Below, one piece after another: positions 18,676 to 26,732 of a stretch of 44,570 bases of DNA. The notes beneath the pieces were generated by a model. The model made no database searches. It saw only the letters and a program-made list of their open reading frames with translations, and was not told the origin of the DNA. How positions within the stretch are numbered: position 1 is the stretch's first letter; every line of letters starts with the position of its first letter. Made by a program: the position numbers and the translations under genes. Source of the stretch: Oscillibacter sp. (GTDB taxonomy: Bacteria; Bacillota; Clostridia; Oscillospirales; Oscillospiraceae); the NCBI RefSeq assembly GCF_009773995.1, contig NZ_VSMY01000002.1. One strand, written 5' to 3'.

Positions 18676-19052
18676 AATACGACTGGCTGGACGAATACCT
18701 CCTGTCCCTGCCGGGGACAGAGAAGGACTATAAGCCTGAGTGGGCCTGGTTCCGGTATATGATCCGGGGCAAGCTCTTTGCCGCCGTCTGCTCCCCTCAA
18801 GGGATGAAGGACGAGGCGTACAACGGGCACGATTTGGTAAACCTCAAGTGCGAGCCCGCCCGAGGCGAGATTCTCCGGGCGGCTCATCCGGAGATTCTGC
18901 CGGGGTTCTACTGCGACAAGCGGAACTGGATCGCCTGCCTTCTGGACGGGGACCTGCCGGACGAGATTCTGCGGGAGCTCTGCGCCCAGTCCCACCAGCT
19001 GGTTTTGAAGAAGCTGCCCAAGTATGTTCAGCGGGAGATTCTGGGAGAATAG
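18672..19052 (+). CDS. MmcQ/YjbR family DNA-binding protein
   Basis: GKLFA...VNLKCEP...[12 protein letters not shown]...[15 protein letters not shown] overlap with uvrB. Confidence 0.85.
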   Translation: MKYDWLDEYLLSLPGTEKDYKPEWAWFRYMIRGKLFAAVCSPQGMKDEAYNGHDLVNLKCEPARGEILRAAHPEILPGFYCDKRNWIACLLDGDLPDEILRELCAQSHQLVLKKLPKYVQREILGE

Positions 19053-19925
19053 ATGGAGACACAGAAAAAAGCCCCGGCCAGCGCCGCGATCCTGGCGGCG
19101 GCGGCCCTGTGGGGCGTCATTGGACTATGGAACCGGCGGCTGATGGCGGCGGGCCTCTCGCCCTTCTCCATCGTGGTGGTCCGCAATCTGGGGGGCTGCG
19201 CCCTGCTGGTCCTGTTTTTCCTGTTCAAGGACCGGAGCGTCTTCAAGGTGGAGCGGCGGCACCTCAAGTATTTCTTCGGCACCGGCGTGGTCAGCGTGGT
19301 GCTGTTCACCGTGTGCTACTTCTCCTGCCAGAAGCTCTGCTCCCTGGCCGCGGCCTCCATTCTGCTGTACACGGCCCCCTCCTTCGTGGTGCTCCTCTCC
19401 GCTATCCTTTGGAAGGAGCCGGTGACAAGGAAAAAGCTCCTGGCCCTGCTGCTGACCCTGGTGGGCTGCGCGTGCGTCTGCGGCGTGTTTTCCGGCGGGC
19501 TGTCCGTCACGGTCCCCGGCGTGCTCCTGGGTCTGGGCTCCGGCTTCTTCTACGCGCTTTACAGCGTCTTCGGCCGGTACGCCCTGGCCCACTACCCGCC
19601 CCTGACGGTGACGGTCTGGACCTTCCTCTTTGCGGGCCCGGCCTCCCTGGTCCTCCTCCGCCCGGCGGAGCTGGGAGCGGCCTTCGCCGGGAATCCCGGC
19701 CTCTGGGGGACGGCCCTGGCCCTGGCGGTGTTCTCCACCGCCGCGCCCTACATCTTATATACCTGGGGCCTGGCCCGAACGGAGCCGGGGAATGCCTCCA
19801 TCCTGGCCAGCCTGGAGCCGGTGGCGGCCACCCTGACGGGGGTGCTGGCCTTCGGCGAGCCCCTGGGGCCGCTGACGGCGCTGGGCATCCTCTGCGTCCT
19901 GACGGGCGTGGCGATCTTGAGGTGA
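19053..19925 (+). CDS. EamA/DMT family transporter
   Basis: About 10 TM segments, two EamA repeats (LLYTAP, LEPVAA, GEPL). Confidence 0.9.
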   Translation: METQKKAPASAAILAAAALWGVIGLWNRRLMAAGLSPFSIVVVRNLGGCALLVLFFLFKDRSVFKVERRHLKYFFGTGVVSVVLFTVCYFSCQKLCSLAAASILLYTAPSFVVLLSAILWKEPVTRKKLLALLLTLVGCACVCGVFSGGLSVTVPGVLLGLGSGFFYALYSVFGRYALAHYPPLTVTVWTFLFAGPASLVLLRPAELGAAFAGNPGLWGTALALAVFSTAAPYILYTWGLARTEPGNASILASLEPVAATLTGVLAFGEPLGPLTALGILCVLTGVAILR

Positions 19926-19929
19926 TATC

Positions 19930-20427
19930 ATGGCAAAGAAAAAAGACGAGAAAACCAACGTGATGCGCATCCTGGACCAGAAGAAGGTCCCCTATACTCC
20001 TCACTTCTACGAGGAGAGCGAGGGCCCCGAGGGCACCCGCGACTACGGCGTACACGTGGCCCAGGCCCTGGGCCAGGACCCCAGGCGGGCCTTCAAAACC
20101 CTGGTGGCCAAAGGGGCCTCCGGGACCTATCACGTCTTCGACATCCCCGCAACCGACAGCCTGGACCTGAAAAAGGCGGCGAAGGCGGCGGGGGAGAAGT
20201 CGATTGACCTTCTTCCGGTGAAGGACATCACTGCCGTGACGGGCTATATCCGGGGCGGGTGCAGTCCCGTGGGCATGAAGAAGCCGTATCCCACCATTTT
20301 CCACCAGACGGCCCTGGACTTTGAGACCATCTACGTCTCCGCCGGGAAGATCGGCGCACAGGTGGAGGTGGAGCCCCAGGCGCTGTTAACCCTTCTGCGG
20401 GCGGGGACGGCGGATCTCGTTGTTTAA
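19930..20427 (+). CDS. ybaK: Cys-tRNA(Pro) deacylase YbaK
   Basis: TNVMRIL, FKTLV, LDLKK, TGYIRGGCSPVG, VSAGKIG. Confidence 0.93.
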   Translation: MAKKKDEKTNVMRILDQKKVPYTPHFYEESEGPEGTRDYGVHVAQALGQDPRRAFKTLVAKGASGTYHVFDIPATDSLDLKKAAKAAGEKSIDLLPVKDITAVTGYIRGGCSPVGMKKPYPTIFHQTALDFETIYVSAGKIGAQVEVEPQALLTLLRAGTADLVV

Positions 20428-20640
20428 TAAGGTAAGCCCCAGGTGGAGGCCCACGGCGAAAGCGTCGGCGGACCACTGATAATGATAGAGGTTGATTTGG
20501 TCATAGAGCTGGATTCGGCGGCACTCCTCAATGGGGAGGGCGTTTAGGAGGACGACCAGCTCTTCGTGAGGGAAATTACCCAGGTCATTCAGAACGGATT
20601 CGCCGTAGGTATCGAAGAGTCTTTGGATAGTCGGGTCCAT
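20386..20640 (-). CDS. Small helical hypothetical protein (84 aa) divergent from XRE-1
   Basis: RBS GGAGGT 6 nt before ATG and a perfect promoter upstream. C-terminal AFAVGLHLGLTL motif is reminiscent of DUF6809-like proteins. Last 42 bp overlap ybaK antisense. Confidence 0.75.
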   Translation of the reverse strand: MDPTIQRLFDTYGESVLNDLGNFPHEELVVLLNALPIEECRRIQLYDQINLYHYQWSADAFAVGLHLGLTLLNNEIRRPRPQKG

Positions 20641-20653
20641 GGCGACACCTCCG

Positions 20654-20702
20654 AAACAACTTTTTATGCCTCAATTATAAAACATTTAAGATTGTTTGTC
20701 AA
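20654..20702 (-). promoter_or_regulatory. Perfect sigma-A promoter with operator-like inverted repeat (cassette 1)
   Basis: TTGACA (20702-20697)-N17-TATAAT (20679-20674); imperfect IR AAACAACTTTTTATG / CATTTAAGATTGTTT. Confidence 0.85.
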
Positions 20703-20713
20703 GGAGATTTTCA

Positions 20714-20932
20714 ATGGAAACCTTAAAGATTATGGGACAGCGCCTAAAGGGCTTGCGCAAGGAGAAGCGTTTGCTGCAAGTGGAGATGGCGGAGCTGCTG
20801 AAGATCACTCCGCAACATTATCAAAGAGTGGAATCCGGGAAAATCAACATTCCCACCTTGACATTATGCACCCTGGCGGATTATTTTGGAGTGAGCACGG
20901 ACTATCTGCTGGGGCGGACAGAGGAACGATAA
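20714..20932 (+). CDS. Small XRE helix-turn-helix regulator (XRE-1, 72 aa)
   Basis: RLKGLRKEK...QVEMAELL...HYQRVESG...LADYFGVSTDYLLG; RBS AAGGAG. Confidence 0.88.
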   Translation: METLKIMGQRLKGLRKEKRLLQVEMAELLKITPQHYQRVESGKINIPTLTLCTLADYFGVSTDYLLGRTEER

Positions 20933-20942
20933 GGCCCTAAAC

Positions 20943-21112
20943 CGGCCCGAAGGGCCGAATACTTCCTTTTCTCTTTTGGACCGTGCACGGCCCGTTTTCT
21001 CTTTTCCTTCTGGAAGGAAAAGAGAAAATGGGGGGTGCAATGCACCAGCCTTCATCATGGCTGAAACTCCCCCGCGCGTCAGCGCCGGAAAAAAACCTCC
21101 CCCAACGGGGGA
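20943..21112. repeat. Multi-hairpin non-coding element containing a 16-nt intramolecular triplex motif
   Basis: Mirror-repeat pyrimidine tracts at 20962-20977 and 20995-21010, complementary purine tract at 21013-21028, plus five other hairpins or palindromes. Confidence 0.75.
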
Positions 21113-21129
21113 ACACAAGGAGCCCCCCT

Positions 21130-23958
21130 ATGCAGGATAAAATCATCGTAAAAGGCGCCCGCGCCAATAATTTAAAGAACATCGACGTGACCATCCCAAG
21201 GGATAAATTGGTGGTCATGACGGGCCTCAGCGGCAGCGGCAAATCCTCCCTGGCCTTCGACACGATTTACGCCGAGGGCCAGCGGCGCTACGTGGAGTCC
21301 CTCAGCTCCTATGCCCGGATGTTCCTGGGCCAGATGGAAAAGCCCGACGTGGACTACATCGAGGGCCTGAGCCCCGCCATTTCCATCGACCAGAAGACCA
21401 CGTCGAAAAATCCCCGCTCCACCGTAGGCACCGTCACGGAGATCTACGACTACCTCCGCCTCCTCTGGGCCCGTGTGGGCACCCCCCACTGCCCCAAGTG
21501 CGGCAAGGTCATCCGCCAGCAGACCATCGACCAGATCATCGACCAGGTGCTGGCCCTGCCGGAGGGCACCCGAATTCAGGTCATGGCCCCCGTCATCCGG
21601 GGCAAAAAGGGCGAGCACGCCAAGGTCTTCGAGGACGCGAAGCGCTCCGGCTACGTCCGGGTCCGGGCCGACGGAAACCTCTACGAGCTGGACGAGGAAA
21701 TCAAGCTGGAGAAAAACAAAAAGCACAACATCGAGGTCATCATCGACCGGCTTATCATCCGCCCGGACATTCAGCAGCGGCTGACGGACAGCGTGGAGAC
21801 CGCCTCCGCCCTCTCCGGCGGCATCGTGGTCATCAACCTCCTCCGGGAGGAGCGGGATTTGATGTTCTCCCAAAACTACGCCTGTGAGGACTGCGGCATC
21901 TCCATCGAGGAGCTGACCCCCCGGATGTTCTCCTTCAACAACCCCTTCGGGGCCTGCCCCACCTGTACGGGCCTGGGGAGCCAGCTGAAGGTGGACGTGG
22001 CCCTGGTGGTCCCGGACCCGAAAAAGTCCATTCTGGAAGGGGCCATTCAGGCCAGCGGCTGGGGGAACATCCGCTCCGACGGCATCTCCCGGATGTACTT
22101 CGACGCCCTGTCGAAAAAATACCGCTTCTCCCTGGACGCGCCCTGGGAGGACCTGTCCGACGAGGCCAGGGACATCATCCTCTATGGCACCAAGGGGGAG
22201 AAGCTGGAGCTTCACTATGACCAGCCCCGGGGGAAAGGCGTGCTGTATCAGCCCTTCGAGGGCATCTGCAACAACGTGGAGCGCCGCTACCAGGAGACCC
22301 AGAGCGACGCCAGCAAGCGGGAGCTGGAGGAACTGATGGCGGAGTGCCCCTGTCCCACGTGCCGGGGCCGGAGGCTGAAAAAGGAGTCCCTGGCGGTGAC
22401 GGTGGGGGACAAGGACATCGACGCGCTGACCCGCCTCAGCGTGGTGGACGAGCTGGACTGGGTAGAACGGCTGGAGCTGACGGAACAGCAGCAGCTCATC
22501 GCCGGCCGGATTTTGAAGGAGATCAAGTCCCGCCTGGGCTTCCTCCGGTCCGTGGGCCTGGGCTACCTGACCCTGAGCCGGGCCGCGGGGACCCTCTCCG
22601 GCGGCGAGAGCCAGCGCATCCGGCTGGCGACCCAAATCGGCTCCAGCCTCATGGGGGTTCTCTATATTCTGGACGAGCCCTCCATCGGACTCCACCAGCG
22701 GGACAACGACAAGCTGCTGGCCACCCTGCGGAACCTCCAGAGCCTGGGAAATACCCTCCTGGTGGTGGAGCACGACGAGGACACCATGCGGGAGGCGGAC
22801 TACCTCATCGACATCGGCCCCGGCGCGGGCGTCCACGGCGGGCAGGTGGTGGCCGCGGGCACGCCGGAGGAGGTCATGGCGAATCCGGACTCCCTGACGG
22901 GCCAGTACCTCTCCGGGAAGAAGAAGGTGCCCATTCCCGACGTCCGCCGCCCCGGCAGCGGGAAGTTCCTCCACGTCCGGGGGGCGGAGGAAAACAACCT
23001 CCGGAAGGTGGACGTGGACTTCCCCCTGGGGACCTTCACCGTGGTCACCGGCGTGTCCGGCAGCGGCAAGTCGTCCCTTGTGAACGAGGTGCTGTTCAAG
23101 CGCCTGGGGGCGGAGCTGATGCGCATGAAGGTCCATCCCGGCAAGTGCGCGGGAATCGACGGCCTGGAATACTTGGACAAGGTGGTCAGCATTGACCAGA
23201 GCCCCATCGGCCGGACGCCCCGGTCGAACCCGGCCACCTACACGAACCTCTTCAACGACATCCGGGACCTCTACGCCTCCACCCAGGAGGCCAAGAGCCG
23301 GGGCTACGGCCCGGGCCGGTTCAGCTTCAACGTCCGGGGGGGCCGCTGCGAGGCCTGCTCCGGCGACGGCGTGCTGAAAATCGAGATGCACTTCCTGCCG
23401 GACATCTTCGTCCCCTGCGAGGTCTGCAAGGGCCGGAGGTACAACCGGGAGACCCTGGAGGTCCACTACAAGGGGAAAAATATTTCCGAGGTCCTGGAGA
23501 TGACGGTGGACGAGGCCCTGGAGTTCTTCGCGCCCCTGCCCAAGCTCCGCAACCGGCTCCAGACCCTCCAGGACGTGGGCCTGGGGTACGTGAAGCTGGG
23601 GCAGCCCTCCACGGAGCTCTCCGGCGGCGAGGCCCAGCGGGTAAAGCTGGCCACGGAGCTCTCCAAACAGGCCACGGGCAAGACCATCTATATCCTGGAC
23701 GAGCCTACCACGGGCCTCCACACCGACGACGTGCGCAAGCTCCTGGAGGTCCTCCAGCGCTTAGTGGACGCGGGGAACACGGTGGTGGTCATCGAGCACA
23801 ACCTGGACGTCATCAAATCCGCCGACTGGATCATCGACCTGGGCCCCGAGGGGGGCGACGGCGGCGGGAGCGTGGTCTGCACCGGCACGCCGGAGACCGT
23901 GGCCGCCTGTGAGGCTTCGTACACGGGGCAGTATTTGAAGAAGGCCCTGGCGCGGTGA
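21130..23958 (+). CDS. uvrA: Excinuclease ABC subunit A
   Basis: Two ABC ATPase modules ([21 protein letters not shown] twice) and zinc fingers; ATG after AAGGAG. Confidence 0.98.
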   Translation: MQDKIIVKGARANNLKNIDVTIPRDKLVVMTGLSGSGKSSLAFDTIYAEGQRRYVESLSSYARMFLGQMEKPDVDYIEGLSPAISIDQKTTSKNPRSTVGTVTEIYDYLRLLWARVGTPHCPKCGKVIRQQTIDQIIDQVLALPEGTRIQVMAPVIRGKKGEHAKVFEDAKRSGYVRVRADGNLYELDEEIKLEKNKKHNIEVIIDRLIIRPDIQQRLTDSVETASALSGGIVVINLLREERDLMFSQNYACEDCGISIEELTPRMFSFNNPFGACPTCTGLGSQLKVDVALVVPDPKKSILEGAIQASGWGNIRSDGISRMYFDALSKKYRFSLDAPWEDLSDEARDIILYGTKGEKLELHYDQPRGKGVLYQPFEGICNNVERRYQETQSDASKRELEELMAECPCPTCRGRRLKKESLAVTVGDKDIDALTRLSVVDELDWVERLELTEQQQLIAGRILKEIKSRLGFLRSVGLGYLTLSRAAGTLSGGESQRIRLATQIGSSLMGVLYILDEPSIGLHQRDNDKLLATLRNLQSLGNTLLVVEHDEDTMREADYLIDIGPGAGVHGGQVVAAGTPEEVMANPDSLTGQYLSGKKKVPIPDVRRPGSGKFLHVRGAEENNLRKVDVDFPLGTFTVVTGVSGSGKSSLVNEVLFKRLGAELMRMKVHPGKCAGIDGLEYLDKVVSIDQSPIGRTPRSNPATYTNLFNDIRDLYASTQEAKSRGYGPGRFSFNVRGGRCEACSGDGVLKIEMHFLPDIFVPCEVCKGRRYNRETLEVHYKGKNISEVLEMTVDEALEFFAPLPKLRNRLQTLQDVGLGYVKLGQPSTELSGGEAQRVKLATELSKQATGKTIYILDEPTTGLHTDDVRKLLEVLQRLVDAGNTVVVIEHNLDVIKSADWIIDLGPEGGDGGGSVVCTGTPETVAACEASYTGQYLKKALAR

Positions 23959-24008
23959 GACATACCGGAACGGACAACCTCCCATTTGCAGAGCATCCCG
24001 TGTTTAGG

Positions 24009-24052
24009 TTATCTCATAACATAATTATACATTATGAGATAATAGATGTCAA
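24009..24052 (-). promoter_or_regulatory. Perfect sigma-A promoter with operator-like inverted repeat (cassette 2), pointing antisense into uvrA
   Basis: TTGACA (24052-24047)-N17-TATAAT (24029-24024); perfect IR TTATCTCATAA / TTATGAGATAA. Confidence 0.85.
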
Positions 24053-24062
24053 GGAGTTTTTT

Positions 24063-24287
24063 ATGGACACTCTTCAAATTATGGGCACACGCCTGAAAAC
24101 CCTGCGGAAGGAACGCCGCATTTACCAGCGGGAGATGGGAGATCTGCTAGGCGTCACACTAGGGCACTATCAAAAAATTGAACACGGCGATGTGAATATT
24201 TCGGCCTTGACATTATGCACCCTGGCAAGGTATTTTGAAGTGAGCGCAGACTATCTGCTGGGACTGTCCGAGGAGCGGAACCCCTGA
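24063..24287 (+). CDS. Small XRE helix-turn-helix regulator (XRE-2, 74 aa), paralog of XRE-1
   Basis: 46 of 72 residues identical to XRE-1 by manual alignment; RBS AAGGAG. Confidence 0.88.
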   Translation: MDTLQIMGTRLKTLRKERRIYQREMGDLLGVTLGHYQKIEHGDVNISALTLCTLARYFEVSADYLLGLSEERNP

Positions 24288-24343
24288 AAACGGCCGCTTG
24301 AAACCACAAACCAATACTGCTCAAAGAAAGTTGAGGATCACCT

Positions 24344-25243
24344 ATGTCCGATATTAAAAAAACCGCAATGATCACCGTTTGCGGACGGCCCAACGTGGGC
24401 AAGTCCAGCCTGACCAACGCCCTGGTGGGCGAAAAAATCGCCATTGTCTCCAACAAGGCCCAGACCACCCGGAACCGCATCTACGGCGTGGTCAACCGGG
24501 AGGACACCCAGTTCATCCTCCTGGACACGCCGGGCCTCCACCGGCCCAAGTCCGCCCTGGGGGACTACATGGTGAAGGTGGTCACCGCCAGCCTCTCCGA
24601 TGTGGACTGCGCCCTGCTGCTGGTGGAGCCCATCCCCCACGTGGGCGGGCCGGAAAAGGCCCTCATCGACCGGGTGCGGGAGGAAAGGCTCCACTGTGTC
24701 CTGGCCGTCAACAAAATCGACACCGTGGAGCCCGCGGAACTCCTCCCCGTCATCGCCGCCTACAACGAGGTTTGGGACGGCTTCGACGCCATTATCCCCA
24801 TCTCCGCCCGCACCGGCGACGGCCTGGAGGAGCTGATGGCGGAGCTCCGGAAATACGCCCAGGAGGGGCCCCAGCTCTTCCCCGACGGCCAGACCTCCGA
24901 CCAGCCGGAGCGGCAGGTAATGGGAGAACTGCTGAGGGAAAAGCTGCTTTTGTGCCTGGACAAGGAGATTCCCCACGGCACCGCCGTGGAAATCACCAAG
25001 TTCTCCGAGCGGGACTCCGGCGTGGTGGACGTGGGAGCTACGATTTACTGTGAAAAGGCCAGCCATAAGGGCATCATCATTGGAAAGCAGGGGGCTATGC
25101 TGAAAAAGATCAGCTCCCTGGCCCGGCAGGACATGGAGAAATTCATGGGCACCCAGATTTACCTGGAGACCTGGGTCAAGGTCAAGGAGAACTGGCGGGA
25201 CAACGTGAACTACGTCCGCAGCCTGGGCTACCGGGAGGACTAA
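24344..25243 (+). CDS. era: GTPase Era
   Basis: GRPNVGKS, QTTR, DTPG, NKID, KH domain IIIGKQG. Confidence 0.97.
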   Translation: MSDIKKTAMITVCGRPNVGKSSLTNALVGEKIAIVSNKAQTTRNRIYGVVNREDTQFILLDTPGLHRPKSALGDYMVKVVTASLSDVDCALLLVEPIPHVGGPEKALIDRVREERLHCVLAVNKIDTVEPAELLPVIAAYNEVWDGFDAIIPISARTGDGLEELMAELRKYAQEGPQLFPDGQTSDQPERQVMGELLREKLLLCLDKEIPHGTAVEITKFSERDSGVVDVGATIYCEKASHKGIIIGKQGAMLKKISSLARQDMEKFMGTQIYLETWVKVKENWRDNVNYVRSLGYRED

Positions 25244-25247
25244 AAAT

Positions 25248-25670
25248 ATGCGGGACCCGGAAAAGACCGTCGGCGGTATGGCCGACAAGGCGAAGCTTGC
25301 CTACCTCAGCTATTTGGACGCGGAAGGCTTCCCCACCACGAGGGCCATGCTGGCCCCTCGGGAACGGGAGGGCATCCGGGTGTTCTGGTTCAGCACGAAT
25401 ACCTCCTCGCGGAAAGTGGCGGCCTTTCGGGAGAATCCCAAGGGGAGCGTCTATTTTGTGGACCGGCGCTTTTTCCGGGGCGTCAGCCTCTCCGGCACCG
25501 TGGAGGTGCTGGAGGACCCGGAGAGCAAACGGCGCCTCTGGCAGGTGGGAGACGTCATGTACTATCCCCAGGGCGTCACAGACCCGGACTACTGCGTGCT
25601 GAAATTCACGGCGGAAAAGGGCCGGTATTACAGCAATTTCAAAAGCGAGGATTTTGCGATTCCAGATTGA
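25248..25670 (+). CDS. Pyridoxamine 5'-phosphate oxidase-like (split-barrel) protein
   Basis: GFPTTRAM, FSTNTSSRKV...NPKGSVYF, YYPQGVTDPDY. Confidence 0.85.
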   Translation: MRDPEKTVGGMADKAKLAYLSYLDAEGFPTTRAMLAPREREGIRVFWFSTNTSSRKVAAFRENPKGSVYFVDRRFFRGVSLSGTVEVLEDPESKRRLWQVGDVMYYPQGVTDPDYCVLKFTAEKGRYYSNFKSEDFAIPD

Positions 25671-25735
25671 CCGGAACTTTCCAGGTATCCTTTTCGACAG
25701 CAACCGCAGACTATTCGTAAAAGGAGGTCTGCGAC

Positions 25736-25849
25736 ATGACCAACATGGAACCCGCGCCCCTCTGGGAGCTCTTCTGCCTCACCGGCGAGCCTCTGGCCTA
25801 TATGCTCTTTCGGTCGGCGGAGAGTGAAAAAGATAACAATTTGTCATAA
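25736..25849 (+). CDS. yqzL: YqzL-like small protein (37 aa; below the ORF-track cutoff)
   Basis: MTNMEPAPLWELFCLTGEPLAYMLFRSAESEKDNNLS*; W-x2-F-x2-TG-x4-Y motif, RBS AAGGAGG, era-yqzL-recO synteny. Confidence 0.75.
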   Translation: MTNMEPAPLWELFCLTGEPLAYMLFRSAESEKDNNLS

Positions 25850-25892
25850 ACGGAGAGATGATTCCTCTCCGTACATAAAGGAGGGGACCGCC

Positions 25893-26639
25893 GTGGCGGG
25901 AACGCCCTATCTCGTGGACCGCGGCGTGGTCCTCCGGGAGACGGAGACCAAGGAGACGGACAAAATCCTGACGCTCCTCACCTGGGAGCAGGGAAAAATC
26001 GGGGTCATTGCCCGGGGAGCCCGACGGAAAAACTGCAAGTTCGCCGCCGCCGCCCAGCCTCTGGCCTACGCCGAGTGGACCCTGTACCAGCGGAAGGACT
26101 GGCGCTACGCCAGCGACGCGTCTACTTTGGACCTCTTCGGCGGCCTCCGGGGGGATTTGGCGGCCCTGGCCCTGGGCTGTTACATGGCGGAGCTGACGGA
26201 GGCCGTCTGCCCGGAGGACGTGCCCGCCCCGGAGCTGCTGCGGCACCTTCTCAACGGGCTGTATGCCCTTTCCACTTTACACAAGCCCCCCGCCCTGGTG
26301 AAGCCCGCCTTTGAGCTGCGGCTGCTGTGCCTTGCGGGGTTTGAGCCCCTGGCGGACGCCTGCGCCCTCTGCGGAAAGGAGGACCCGGCGGAGCCGGTGC
26401 TGGATACGGTCCAGGGGGTCCTCCATTGCCGGGACTGCGGGGGAGGCGGAGGACGGCCCCTGTGCCGGGACTCCCTGGCGGCCCTGCGGCATATTGTCTA
26501 TGGGGACCCCAAGCGGCTGTACGCCTTCCGGCTGGGAGAGGAGCCCCTGCGCCGCCTTACGGCGGCGGCGGAAGCGTTTCTCTATGCGCAGTTGGAACGG
26601 GGCTTTTCGACGATGGACTTTTATAAAAGTATTTTATAA
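25893..26639 (+). CDS. recO: DNA repair protein RecO
   Basis: GVVLRE...ETDKILTLLT...GKI..IARGAR; CxxC...CxxC zinc finger; GTG after AAGGAGG. Confidence 0.93.
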   Translation: MAGTPYLVDRGVVLRETETKETDKILTLLTWEQGKIGVIARGARRKNCKFAAAAQPLAYAEWTLYQRKDWRYASDASTLDLFGGLRGDLAALALGCYMAELTEAVCPEDVPAPELLRHLLNGLYALSTLHKPPALVKPAFELRLLCLAGFEPLADACALCGKEDPAEPVLDTVQGVLHCRDCGGGGGRPLCRDSLAALRHIVYGDPKRLYAFRLGEEPLRRLTAAAEAFLYAQLERGFSTMDFYKSIL

Positions 26640-26732
26640 AGATATTTTTAAAAATTCAGCCTTCTGGAGATGGAGGAAAACTCCTGTGCCGGAAGGATAT
26701 TCAAGTGGATTCCCTTGACAGGAGGAACTTCC

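Noticed and set aside
20983..21129. 49-aa N-terminal extension of UvrA in the ORF track
   Set aside because: It is the translated hairpin/triplex element. The conserved UvrA N-terminus and an RBS place the start at 21130.
23955..24062. N-terminal extension of XRE-2
   Set aside because: It spans the promoter/operator. Alignment with XRE-1 and the RBS give the start at 24063.
20386..24300. Composite transposon carrying uvrA between two XRE repeats
   Set aside because: The copies are only about 64% identical in protein, I see no terminal repeats or transposase, and uvrA has host-like codon use within a normal repair cluster.
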